A stretch of DNA of 61,848 nt, counting the filler, from a candidate division TA06 bacterium SM23_40 (GTDB lineage Bacteria; LJUI01; SM1-40): NCBI GenBank assembly GCA_001303705.1. It is 4 parts of 4 records of this genome, joined end to end, with 100 filler letters (N's around TTAATTAATTAA, not from the genome) between each part and the next. Parts side by side here need not be neighbours in the genome. Positions count along the whole stretch, not along the records: positions 1 to 30,138 come from LJUI01000015.1; positions 30,239 to 41,557 come from LJUI01000001.1; 2 more parts are not named here. One strand, given 5' to 3'. Under the pieces are notes generated by a model. That model saw only the letters and a list, made by a program, of their open reading frames with translations. It ran no database searches and was not told the origin of the DNA. Both the position numbers and the translations under genes were made by a program. Below, piece by piece: positions 29,209 through 38,838 of this stretch. Within the stretch, counting starts at the first letter, position 1. Every line of letters begins with the position of its first letter.

Positions 29209-29671
29209 CTCATCCTCTGGACAGTATCTGGTGGATAACATGTGGCCCGGCGGCCACCGCCCCGGCAGGAACCCGACTCGCCGGTGCGGTGATGCGATGC
29301 CGTCGTCCTCTCCGGCTGACCGCACATTCGCATGGCCGTTCTCGGTCTAACACGACGAGCCTGATAGATGCCCGTACAGCGAGTCCGGCTGAAGCCCGCG
29401 CAGCGAACCTGCCGGATTCCTGGGCGGCGAGCCCGAGCGGTGGATGCGCGATCATGCCGATAGATGCCTGAGCATGAGTCCGACAGATGTACAAGCGATG
29501 AACGGTGGGAGTGTAACCCAAAACGAACTTTCTGCCAACCCAGAATCTGGCTCCTCAGAGATCCCGGGGGCCGAAGAGATGTGCACAATCGGCGCCCTCT
29601 CTGCCTGCTCGAAACTGCGTGTCCGGCGCGGGGGCCGAAGATACACAGGAATCCTCATGCACATCGGGAGT

Positions 29672-29992
29672 GTTCCTGTTCCGAATCAGGCCGTGGTTAT
29701 GGGAACCGATCGCTCCAGCTTGGAATGAGCCCACGTCCATGGGGACCGATGGCTCCAGCTTGGAATGAGGCCAGGTTCATGGGAACTGATTGTTGCTGTT
29801 TCGAATCAGGCCACGATCCCAGGAATCGATCGTCCCTGTTTCGGATCAGGCCGTGGTCACACGGATCGATCGTTTCTGTTCCGGTTGAGGCCACGGTCGA
29901 GGGCACCGGTCGTTCACGTTTCGGGTCAGGTCACAGTCGGAGGCACCGATCCGGGACATTTCCGGGGCCGGTCACCGTCGAAGGTGCCAATC
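29672..29992. repeat. Degenerate 40-bp tandem repeat, 8 copies, non-coding
   Basis: Seven units of exactly 40 nt and one of 41 nt; approximate consensus GTTCCTGTTTCGRATCAGGCCACGGTCATGGGAACCGATC. Confidence 0.85.
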
Positions 29993-30138
29993 GTTTCGGT
30001 TCCTGATGCGATCACACGCAAGGCGCGACCAGTCGGGTGCGGATTGTAATTGTGGGTAGCTCATGCTGCCCTTCTTCGGTTAAGGCGACGCCATTGCCGG
30101 AACGATTCCCAGTGTTCATTCAATATGCAGATGCGCAG

Positions 30139-30238
30139 NNNNNNNNNNNNNNNNNNNNNNNNNNNNNNNNNNNNNNNNNNNNTTAATTAATTAANNNNNN
30201 NNNNNNNNNNNNNNNNNNNNNNNNNNNNNNNNNNNNNN
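30139..30238. other. Artificial contig linker (N-run with TTAATTAATTAA)
   Basis: 100 nt; six-frame stop linker at 30183-30194. Confidence 0.97.
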
Positions 30239-30404
30239 AGGATCCTTCTCGACGGTGTTCTCCTCTCACCCAAGCGCGAGGACGGATGCCGGGAAGTCCG
30301 TATCGAGTATGCGCTTGGCGATTATGGGTGAAATCTTCAATACGCTCCAGCCCGCAGACCGCTTCCTCAATGGGTGCTGTCCGTCCCGGCGCCCACTTCT
30401 CCCA

Positions 30405-30420
30405 TGCAACATTCGTGCCA
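30405..30420 (-). promoter_or_regulatory. sigma54 promoter (-24/-12) pointing at a gene beyond the contig end
   Basis: Minus strand TGGCAC-GAATG-TTGCA is a perfect consensus match. Confidence 0.75.
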
Positions 30421-30765
30421 AGACAGTCGTGCCCGACTGCCAGGACCGCTCTGTTGTCGGAACTTGCGCTTTCGCCGAACGTTAGCGTGCAGCCCCATAA
30501 CCGAGGAACCGAATCGAAGATCGAGCAGCCGGACCACGAAACGGCAACTCGATTTCCAGGACACGAGAGGCCGCCCCATAACCGACCGCTCTGGCGGGTG
30601 TTCCACGAGTGACAATGTACTTTGCTCGGGGGTACGACGTTGGCCTTTTCCAAAGACCAGTGACCAACAACGAAGTGAGGCGGTGACCTTTCAGGCTGAT
30701 AGGAGGTGTTAGAACCCTGGTCGAGGCGAAAATCTCTGGTAATTCTGGGGGGGGATCTGAACAGG

Positions 30766-31293
30766 TCAAAGACTGGTTATCGTGCCGAGCGCATCGAGAA
30801 TGCGGGGAACGAGCGCGTCGCGGTTGGCCTCTGTAACCCGCACAACCGTCACATCGTCTCGCCGGCGGATGTCAGCAAGGAAGGGGTCTTTCCTCTCCTG
30901 GATAGTGCCCAGGACCGGCTTCGGAGAGTCGAGACAGCATATCACCATCCTCTTGAACGAAGGAGCATACAGCTCCATTCGTGCGATTTCGTCTATCACG
31001 ATAAGGTCGGAGTCTCTGAGCGCGCCCTCCAGTGCCCGCACCCCGATCCTCTCGATATCGTCGACATTGACGCCGTATCGTCCGACGCGCGAGCGGCTCT
31101 TGATGTCGACGTGAGCGAGTATGCCACGATCACCCGCGAGGGAGACGATACCGAAACCTACGCGTCTCCTCCCCTCACGGATCTCATCTGTGTAGAACCC
31201 GCCACAGCGGACGTCGAGTCTGTCCAGACTCTTTCGGATCAGGGTCGTCTTGCCGACGCCGGGCGTACCTGTGAGGAGAACATTTGTCCCCAT
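30766..31293 (-). CDS. THEP1/NTPase_1 family nucleoside triphosphatase
   Basis: LTGTPGVGKTT, GGFYTDEIRE..RVGF, RVGRYGVN, IVIDEIARMEL motifs. Confidence 0.92.
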   Translation of the reverse strand: MGTNVLLTGTPGVGKTTLIRKSLDRLDVRCGGFYTDEIREGRRRVGFGIVSLAGDRGILAHVDIKSRSRVGRYGVNVDDIERIGVRALEGALRDSDLIVIDEIARMELYAPSFKRMVICCLDSPKPVLGTIQERKDPFLADIRRRDDVTVVRVTEANRDALVPRILDALGTITSL

Positions 31294-31324
31294 AGCCGTT
31301 ACTTGAATGCGGATAGGGGCCACG

Positions 31325-31396
31325 CTCGTCCGTCTCGTCCGTCTCGCTCGTCTCGCCCGTCTCGCTCGTCTCGTCCGTCTCGCTCGCCTCGCCCGT
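31325..31396. repeat. 9-bp tandem repeat, 8 copies (CTCGYYCGT)
   Basis: ctcgtccgt ctcgtccgt ctcgctcgt ctcgcccgt ctcgctcgt ctcgtccgt ctcgctcgc ctcgcccgt, between nadB and the NTPase gene. Confidence 0.9.
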
Positions 31397-31501
31397 TTCT
31401 TCTCGTCTCACCGTGACCGTGTCTGCAGACGAAGATCCGCCGCCTGCGCAGGTGCCGCAGTCTCAGAACTCAACCTCGGCCACCGCGCCAGCGGCACAGG
31501 G

Positions 31502-33136
31502 CTAACTCGGCAGCCAGACGGGTAATCGAGCCTCTCCCTCGATCACAGAGTCCCGTTTCCACCTCTTGTCATCGAGATCGAGGTGATCCTCGTTCCAGTG
31601 GAGGCCACGGGATTCCTTGCGGTCTATAGCGCATCTGGCGACGAGCTCGGCGACGGTGGCGACAGACCGCAGCTCGATCGATTCCAGGCTGAGAGGCCAC
31701 CGCCGGTATATCTCTGCCACCTCCTCTTTGAGATCGCTGATCCGGCGCATCGCCCTGTCCAGCAACTCGTCGGTCCGGACGATGCCGACGTAGTCCCACA
31801 TCAACCGTCTTGTCTCTTCTCTGTTGTGGGCCACCACGACGGCCTCGACCTCATCGCGCTGGCGTAACGGATAGACGGGCACGGCGGACGGCGTGTCCCG
31901 TTCGAACGCTTTCGTGCGAGCTATTCCTGACGCACGGTCCGCTGAGACAAGAGCCTCGAGGAGGGAATTCGATGCCAGTCGGTTCGCCCCGTGCACTCCA
32001 GTGCACGCGCACTCACCACATGCGTACAGCCCCTCGATGTCAGTGTGTCCGTCGAGATCGGCACGTATTCCACCACAACAGTAGTGGGCCCCCGGAACGA
32101 CGGGGATGGGTTCGCGCGTGACGTCTATGCCGAATGAGAGCGAGGTCCCGTAGATGAGTGGAAACCGCTCGCGAATTCGCCCCCTCCCGATGGGAGAGAG
32201 ATCGAGTAGCACAAACTCATCACCGCGGCGCTTCAGTTCGCTGTCGATGGCGCGTGCTACCGTGTCTCGCGGCGCCAGGCCGCCCGACTCATGATACCGC
32301 TCCATGAATGTCTCGCCATCCTTCGTCTTGAGGACGGCGCCCTCCCCCCGAACCGCCTCGGAAATGAGGAAGGCACGATCATCGACGTGGTGCCCGAAAA
32401 GCGTGGTGGGATGGAATTGGACGAACTCCATGTTCGCTACAGACGCCCCAGCCCTGAACGCCATCGCGATTCCGTCGCCGGTTGCGATCGGCGGGTTCGT
32501 TGTATGCAGGTATCCCCGCCCGGTCCCTCCCGCCGCCAGCAACGTCGCTCTCGCCGCAACCGATTTGATCTCGTTCTCCAGCCGATCGAGCACGTACGCT
32601 CCGAAGCACCGGCCCGGCTTGCTCTGATCGACGATGAGGTCGACCGCCAGGTGATTTTCGAGCACGGTGATGGAAGACATGCTCTGGATCTTCGCGAGCA
32701 GGGCGCGTTCGATCTCCCGCCCCGTCAGGTCGCCAGCGTGAACGATGCGCGAGCGAGAATGCCCGCCTTCACGCCCGAGTGAGAGCCGACCGGCGCCCCG
32801 GATAGCTTTCTCTTTTGAGAACTCAACGCCTATCTCTATGAGCCTCTCCACGAGCTTCGGACCCTGTTCGACCATCATGGTCACTGCTTGCTCGTTGCAC
32901 AGGCCTGCACCCGCCCGTAGCGTATCCTGAATATGAAGATCATAGCTATCGTCGAGTCCAAAAACCGCTGCGATACCTCCCTGAGCGTAGTTCGTATTGG
33001 ACTCGCTATCTTCCTTCTTGGTCACCAACACGACCCGCCCGGCATCCGCGACTCCCAGCGCGAATGTCAGCCCGGCGATGCCGCTGCCGATGACGAGAAA
33101 ATCGGTATCGATGAACGGTGCCTGCAGCTCCTGCAT
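31502..33136 (-). CDS. nadB: L-aspartate oxidase
   Basis: GSGIAGL, SNTNYAQGGIA, EGGHSRSRIVH, EFVQFHPT, SEAVRGEG, GVHGANRLASNSLLE, ESRGLH motifs. Confidence 0.95.
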   Translation of the reverse strand: MQELQAPFIDTDFLVIGSGIAGLTFALGVADAGRVVLVTKKEDSESNTNYAQGGIAAVFGLDDSYDLHIQDTLRAGAGLCNEQAVTMMVEQGPKLVERLIEIGVEFSKEKAIRGAGRLSLGREGGHSRSRIVHAGDLTGREIERALLAKIQSMSSITVLENHLAVDLIVDQSKPGRCFGAYVLDRLENEIKSVAARATLLAAGGTGRGYLHTTNPPIATGDGIAMAFRAGASVANMEFVQFHPTTLFGHHVDDRAFLISEAVRGEGAVLKTKDGETFMERYHESGGLAPRDTVARAIDSELKRRGDEFVLLDLSPIGRGRIRERFPLIYGTSLSFGIDVTREPIPVVPGAHYCCGGIRADLDGHTDIEGLYACGECACTGVHGANRLASNSLLEALVSADRASGIARTKAFERDTPSAVPVYPLRQRDEVEAVVVAHNREETRRLMWDYVGIVRTDELLDRAMRRISDLKEEVAEIYRRWPLSLESIELRSVATVAELVARCAIDRKESRGLHWNEDHLDLDDKRWKRDSVIEGEARLPVWLPS

Positions 33137-33169
33137 GGCCTTCCCCCGCGGGTTGGTGGCTCATGATTA

Positions 33170-36100
33170 TCAGAAGTAGGCTCGAACCTCTGCCGATAGA
33201 TTGTGTGAGACTGCGGTACCCGGGCGTCGCTCACCGCTGTAACTGAGAGAAGAGATCACGGAGCCCGATACCCGGTACTCAGCCAGCATATCCCAACTGG
33301 AGGAGACCCCCAGCGGATCGCTCGCCTGCAGATCTGGCGGCAACAGCGGCACCACCGCGTCCGTCGTCCGCTCCACCAGCTGTATGCCGCCGGACAGTCT
33401 GGCATGACGCACGAGGTGGTAGATGACACGAGGTTTCAGCGAAATGCGACTCACGTCTATCTTACCCAGATATCCGTAGAATGCCGGCTCCTCTACCCAC
33501 TTCGTGCCCATCCCAAGCGTGATCGTGAGATCCAGACCGGCTGAGGGTGTATGTCTGATCGAAAGGCTCGCGGCGCGATCGTGCTCCTGACGTTCCAGTC
33601 CATGTTCCAGACTCGCTCTCCTCTCGTCATTGACCGCGGCCTCACCCTCGAACCACAGACCCGGAGCAGGAGTGAGGCGCACTCTGAGAGAACGATCTCT
33701 GGACAGTTCCTCTCGGTGCCGTCCTCCAATCCTGTTGTCTTCCCGGTTGGCCTCGCGGTAGCGGAATCGAATCGACAAGAGATGCGGTATGGGAAAGAGA
33801 CTGATATCATGGCGCCACACGTTCCGACCCTCGATGGTGACGTCATTTTGTTGAAGAACGTGGGGACGAAGCAGGTACAGGGAGAGGAGATCTGGCTCCT
33901 GTGACAGCTCCTCGACTGACACTCTACTATCGACGGCGAACATCTCGGACGGAGCATAGCTGGCGTCAGCAAGGAGAAAGACCCTCCTCGCCATCACGCT
34001 CTCTCCACTGCTATCGACGTCCCGCTCGTAGTCGCCCCGCTCATATGGATAGTACAGGCCCGTCTCCGGATCGAACCCATAGGAGCCGGTGCCCTCCTCC
34101 ACTTTCACATATCGCTCTCCTGCAAGCGGGGCGTCCTCGGCGCCGATACCGTACCGAGCATCGAAGCTCGCCCCGAGACTCCGCGGGCGGCAGGCCAGCC
34201 GGACGTCCGCAAGGTCAGTCTTCGAAATACGCGCACTGCCTCCAGTCATGCGGGCGCGTCGGTGGCGAGAAAGGTCGATGTGACCGGTGAACGAACCCGC
34301 CTCACGCGCGGCAAGATGGATCTTGTCGATCGTTCCTGTCGATTCAAGGTGCCGGCTCTCGCCGGACTCCCCGAACACCCAGTCTCGGCGATCCTGATGG
34401 TCGACCGACAACTCGAGTGGCTCCCCCTGTCCGAGCGTCAGGCCTGCTCCCCATTCCCGCACGTCCCGCCCGCTCGGGGTTGATGCGCGGCGCCCCTCAC
34501 GCGCGTACTGGAATCTCGGCGTCGCAATCCCTCTGCGATACTCGACGGCGTACTCATGCCTCCATCGCTCAAGGAAGGATGGTCCATCCCCATTCTGGCT
34601 CCCACTCTGATGGCGAGCTACATGCTCGTATCCGTACCGCAACTCCGGAGCGCCTCCCGGGGATAGCGCCGCCCCGAAGGCCATACGACGTGAGGAAGCA
34701 TCACCCGGACGCGTCAGCCGCCCGATCCCGACATCCATGGTAAGAGCATCGATGGGAGTGTAGGCGAGAGACACCTCACCTGCTCGCTCGTCATAGTGGC
34801 CAGCATCCTTGTCTATGTTCCATCGATACGCATAATCGACATCGCGCCTTCTGCCCGGGAACCGGAACCTGCTGCCGACTGAGCGGTAGGATGCGTCAAG
34901 ATCGAAATGGCCCAGGTCGTGCCCTCCGAATCCCGCACGCCGGTCTTCGACCCGCAGGGCCGCGGCGTAGGCGTCGCCGGCGTTGTCGCCATCGTCACGC
35001 GAAGAGACTCTGTTACGATCCTCGCGGCTCTGAGCATATTCCACGTCCACCGACACGCCGTCCGCCAGCGCCATCCCTCCATCTACCCCGAGCAACCACC
35101 GCTCCTCGGGCAACGAGAGCAGGCGGCGAGGGGCAAACCGACCCTGCCCCTCTCCTACATAAGAGTATCCGCCAATGAGCGGGTCGTACTCGTACGCACC
35201 ACCCTCTTCTCCGACATCGAAAAATGAAACCTGATAATCGCCCTCGTGGGGACCGACGTAGACGAAATGGTCCACGTCGAACAGATAGTCACCGTTACCC
35301 TCACCCACTTCGACCGCGGTATCCACCCAGGCCTGTCTCGGATCGTCCCCCGCCCGGGAGAGGGCGGATCGATCGAAGCTGGCCACGCCCTCTGATCGCG
35401 GACGGTCCACGTCATCGCCCTCCCAGAAGCAGGTACCCCCGAGCCGGAAGGACTCATCTGGCGCGGTGACGACAGCCCGACTCACATAGAGGTTCTTCTC
35501 ATAACGCTCACCCGAATACTGGAAGTCGACCTCGATACGCGACTCGGAAGTGATGAGCCGGCGAGACGTGAAGCTGATCGTCCGGGCGGCATAATCGATG
35601 GTGTAGTCGTTCCCTTCGCCCCTCACGAGATCCTCTCCGTCTAGCCATACACGCTCCGATCCAGCGAGTATCACGAAGTCCCCCCCCGAGCCGGCTGGAC
35701 ACAGGTCATACGGCCCCTGCTTGCCGTCAACCCCCACCAACTCCAGTGTCGCGAATTCCCCTCTCGGCACAGCTCCGGCGACGAGAACGCGGCCACGAGA
35801 GAACCGACCCTCTCCCATGACGCCCTGAAGACGGCGCTCGATGGAACCGAAGGCGCTCTCCCCCAGTGCCAGATCGTAGTCGCCCAGCGTGCCGCGCGCA
35901 CCGCCTCCCTCGATCTCAACGAATATCCGTTCCAGCTGATCGAGCTCCCGCGTTGTCCCATCTGGCTGCAACGGCGATGACTTGTCTGCCAGCACCGCAC
36001 GCACCGACAGATCGTTCGAAATCATCCCCTCGATGCTGAGCTCGAGCGACTGGTCCAGGGATGGCTGACGATTAGAGCCCAGCGTCACTGCCAGGGTCTT

Positions 36101-36832
36101 ACTTCCACCCAGAATGAGAAATGAACCGGGAGTGCCAGCCGAACGCGCCCGGTTCCCGGCCTCGCTCGCCGACCCTCCCGTCCCCCTGGAATGACCGGTG
36201 CCGTGCTCATTCTCCAGTCGGGGTGATCCTGTCGAACCTCCCCCGTACAGCGGCTGACTGCCCCCGCCGCCCGCTGTCTCGGCTGCGTACGCTCCCCCCT
36301 CTCGAGTCATCACACCCGGTGACGATCTGTGCTCCGCAGTCGCCACACCCGGCAGTGATCTGTGCGAATAGACATCCTGTAAGGCGTACGGGTAGAATCT
36401 ATACCGGACAGTCAGCGGTTTTGAAGAGGGAATGGCGTCAGCAAATGAGATGAGTCCAGCTCGACAGTCGACCGTGAACTCTCTTCCTGGATCGAGAAGA
36501 CGCCCATCCATCGAGATCTCGACGGAATGGGCGAAGAGATTCCGGTGCCCCAGCCGATAGGGGCCGGCAGTGCCGTCGCCGATGAGAATCATTTCGTATC
36601 GCGATGCTGTAGCGCGTAAGGAGGGAAATACAGAAGTGTCGGGCGTCGCACTGTCAGGCGCATCAGGATCGGGCGCGCCGGCCTGCCCCGCAGACAGGCA
36701 GACCCCTGTGAAGATGAAGATCAAGAAGAGGAGTTGAGGGAGCAACCGTATCGCCTGCCACGGATAGATGCGCGCGGACAACGCCTTATGATTGAGAGTG
36801 CGCATAGTCATAGTATGACAACGATCCGCCAC
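33170..36832 (-). CDS. Large (about 1200 aa) outer-membrane protein of unknown function
   Basis: Signal peptide, repeated (D/E)Y/FTIDY..G.ISF Ig-like motifs, long amphipathic beta-strand C-terminal region ending in Phe. The start is uncertain. Confidence 0.7.
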   Translation of the reverse strand: MADRCHTMTMRTLNHKALSARIYPWQAIRLLPQLLFLIFIFTGVCLSAGQAGAPDPDAPDSATPDTSVFPSLRATASRYEMILIGDGTAGPYRLGHRNLFAHSVEISMDGRLLDPGREFTVDCRAGLISFADAIPSSKPLTVRYRFYPYALQDVYSHRSLPGVATAEHRSSPGVMTREGGAYAAETAGGGGSQPLYGGGSTGSPRLENEHGTGHSRGTGGSASEAGNRARSAGTPGSFLILGGSKTLAVTLGSNRQPSLDQSLELSIEGMISNDLSVRAVLADKSSPLQPDGTTRELDQLERIFVEIEGGGARGTLGDYDLALGESAFGSIERRLQGVMGEGRFSRGRVLVAGAVPRGEFATLELVGVDGKQGPYDLCPAGSGGDFVILAGSERVWLDGEDLVRGEGNDYTIDYAARTISFTSRRLITSESRIEVDFQYSGERYEKNLYVSRAVVTAPDESFRLGGTCFWEGDDVDRPRSEGVASFDRSALSRAGDDPRQAWVDTAVEVGEGNGDYLFDVDHFVYVGPHEGDYQVSFFDVGEEGGAYEYDPLIGGYSYVGEGQGRFAPRRLLSLPEERWLLGVDGGMALADGVSVDVEYAQSREDRNRVSSRDDGDNAGDAYAAALRVEDRRAGFGGHDLGHFDLDASYRSVGSRFRFPGRRRDVDYAYRWNIDKDAGHYDERAGEVSLAYTPIDALTMDVGIGRLTRPGDASSRRMAFGAALSPGGAPELRYGYEHVARHQSGSQNGDGPSFLERWRHEYAVEYRRGIATPRFQYAREGRRASTPSGRDVREWGAGLTLGQGEPLELSVDHQDRRDWVFGESGESRHLESTGTIDKIHLAAREAGSFTGHIDLSRHRRARMTGGSARISKTDLADVRLACRPRSLGASFDARYGIGAEDAPLAGERYVKVEEGTGSYGFDPETGLYYPYERGDYERDVDSSGESVMARRVFLLADASYAPSEMFAVDSRVSVEELSQEPDLLSLYLLRPHVLQQNDVTIEGRNVWRHDISLFPIPHLLSIRFRYREANREDNRIGGRHREELSRDRSLRVRLTPAPGLWFEGEAAVNDERRASLEHGLERQEHDRAASLSIRHTPSAGLDLTITLGMGTKWVEEPAFYGYLGKIDVSRISLKPRVIYHLVRHARLSGGIQLVERTTDAVVPLLPPDLQASDPLGVSSSWDMLAEYRVSGSVISSLSYSGERRPGTAVSHNLSAEVRAYF

Positions 36833-37773
36833 TACTTATTTCTGGCCTTATACACGATCCGGAATACCTGAATGCGATCATTCCCTTTATCGGCGACATA
36901 TATGAACTCGGTGCCGTCGAAGGCGATCCCTGTCGGCTGTCGCAAGCCGCCCGAACGTAATCCCTCGGTACCGACAGAGAAGAGGAACTCACCATCAGCA
37001 CCATAGACGCAGACCCGATCGCTCCCCGCATCAGAGACGAAGAGATTGCCCATCCCATCGGCACACACGTCCCAGGGCATCACCAGATCGCCGCCGACAA
37101 GCGAGCTTTCCCAGGCACCGAGGGCATCGAAGATCTCGACACGCCCGTTGCCCGAGTCGGCGACATAGAGTCTCTGATCATCGGTTACTTCAACGCCCCG
37201 CGGATCGTCGAGCTGTCCGTGCCAGTGGCCGAACCCACCGATCTCGAACGCTATCTGTCCCGCACGATTCAGCCCAACGACACGGTCCCTCTCCCCGTCG
37301 GAGAAGTAGAGAGCGCCTGCGCTTCCGAGGACCAAGCCCGCTGGCCTCCACGGCCCTCGCTCATCCGGTATAGAGACTGATCCCCGCGGGTCACCATCTC
37401 TCCCAAAGGTCTGGATCCGCTCATTCCCCCAATCAACTACGAAGACGAGATCACTCACGACCGCTACATCGATCGGCGCATCGAACTCTCCCTCTCTCCA
37501 TCCCCGGTGGCCGAATTCATACAGTAGATCGCCCTGGCTCGAGAAGACGACGATACGATCGTTACCTGTGTCTGCAACATACACCCGTCCGCGGAGATCA
37601 AGACACACCCCCTCGGGACCCGCCAATCCCGCCATCTCGCCGTGCCGGGCGCCGAGGATCCGTACAGCCTCGAGTGCTTCCGGTGCCTTAGCCGGCATGG
37701 AGGAACGCCTGACGAGGTCCGGAGAACATGACACGAAAAGCAACGAGACGATACCCACACAGGCCCTCAGCAT
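36832..37773 (-). CDS. NHL-repeat beta-propeller lipoprotein
   Basis: Six repeats of P.G(V/I)...(V/L)YVAD.GN.R(I/V)QVF; lipobox-like LFVSC after ATG 37773 (an upstream start is possible). Confidence 0.88.
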   Translation of the reverse strand: MLRACVGIVSLLFVSCSPDLVRRSSMPAKAPEALEAVRILGARHGEMAGLAGPEGVCLDLRGRVYVADTGNDRIVVFSSQGDLLYEFGHRGWREGEFDAPIDVAVVSDLVFVVDWGNERIQTFGRDGDPRGSVSIPDERGPWRPAGLVLGSAGALYFSDGERDRVVGLNRAGQIAFEIGGFGHWHGQLDDPRGVEVTDDQRLYVADSGNGRVEIFDALGAWESSLVGGDLVMPWDVCADGMGNLFVSDAGSDRVCVYGADGEFLFSVGTEGLRSGGLRQPTGIAFDGTEFIYVADKGNDRIQVFRIVYKARNK

Positions 37774-37941
37774 ACGGTCCCGCGCCTCCGGCGAAGGGAT
37801 CTGCCGTATGTCACGTGCGCAGGCCATCTTCTCCATTATCTCACGCCCAGGGGAAGCTGGATATATCAGACGAAAGTGAAGGCGAAGAAACACTGAACAG
37901 ACAAGCAGGAAAAACAGAAGATGCGATCAGCAATCGAATGG

Positions 37942-38832
37942 CTAGTACGTGTAGCAGATACCGACTCGGATCCCCGGCTCTGCTATCGTTGGCTCTACCT
38001 CCAGGCGCAGTGAAGATGGTTCTTCGATGCCCCGGTTGAACATCCGAACCGTCATCACCGCATCGACAGCGCTGATGAGACGATTAGCGAGGGCAGCAGC
38101 CGTGCAGTACGCAGCTCTGTGGAACGCTTCGCGGCTCCGCCCCCTCAAGGACCGATATTCTCCCCAGGCGGCAGCGCCCTTCCACTCCCACCAGTCTTCC
38201 TCTCCGAACAGATGCTCCGTGATGTACGCCTCGCGAGCATCGTCATCGTAGGGATAGAGCTTCCTCGCCTCCCGCCTGACATCTTCATTGTACTCCTCGG
38301 TTGTGCGGTACTCCTCGATAGCGCGGAAATAATCTTCGTCCCCTCGTCCCGAGTTCGCACCAGCGTGCGCGATTGAGAAGAGGCGGCAGTCATCCTGCAG
38401 CAAGCGGCCCTGGACCAGGAAGACCGTGTACGTCGCCCACACGGCCGCCTCGGCGATCAGGAAGGTCCGCGCCTTTCCTGGATCTTCGCCGTACCACTCA
38501 CCAGCCCCCGGCAGGATGGCTGAGAGGACGGCAGCCTTCGCAAGCGACTTCTTCGCTTTCTTCTGTGTATCCTCGAGGCCATCGTGAACAGATACCTCGC
38601 CCGGGGTGGAAGGCGTGGAGGAGTCCAGTGAGAGAGACGGAGGGAGCTCAAGCGATCCCGCGTTCGATTCCGCGAGCCGACCTCTAAGGGAGGTCTGCTC
38701 AGCGAAACCAGAGCCTCCGGGAGATCCTTCCCGACAATGGGATATCCCGACGTCCCAGACGACCGCCATGTGGGTCGCCAACACGAACCATATCAAACTC
38801 CGATAGCGCAACGGTATCCTCCACGGCCCCAC
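37942..38832 (-). CDS. Hypothetical envelope protein (DUF5683-like)
   Basis: KSLAKAAVLSAILPGAGEWY and NRLISAVDA motifs; co-directional within the envelope operon. Confidence 0.65.
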   Translation of the reverse strand: MGPWRIPLRYRSLIWFVLATHMAVVWDVGISHCREGSPGGSGFAEQTSLRGRLAESNAGSLELPPSLSLDSSTPSTPGEVSVHDGLEDTQKKAKKSLAKAAVLSAILPGAGEWYGEDPGKARTFLIAEAAVWATYTVFLVQGRLLQDDCRLFSIAHAGANSGRGDEDYFRAIEEYRTTEEYNEDVRREARKLYPYDDDAREAYITEHLFGEEDWWEWKGAAAWGEYRSLRGRSREAFHRAAYCTAAALANRLISAVDAVMTVRMFNRGIEEPSSLRLEVEPTIAEPGIRVGICYTY

Positions 38833-38838
38833 GTGGCC

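Noticed and set aside
29672-29992. 40-bp array (and the 20- and 60-bp arrays) as CRISPR
   Set aside because: No constant repeat alternating with unique spacers, and no cas genes in the window.
30183-30194. TTAATTAATTAA motif (also at 41602 and 52296) as a biological repeat
   Set aside because: It is centred in identical 100-nt N-runs and is a synthetic six-frame stop linker. ORFs ending in LIN are artefacts.
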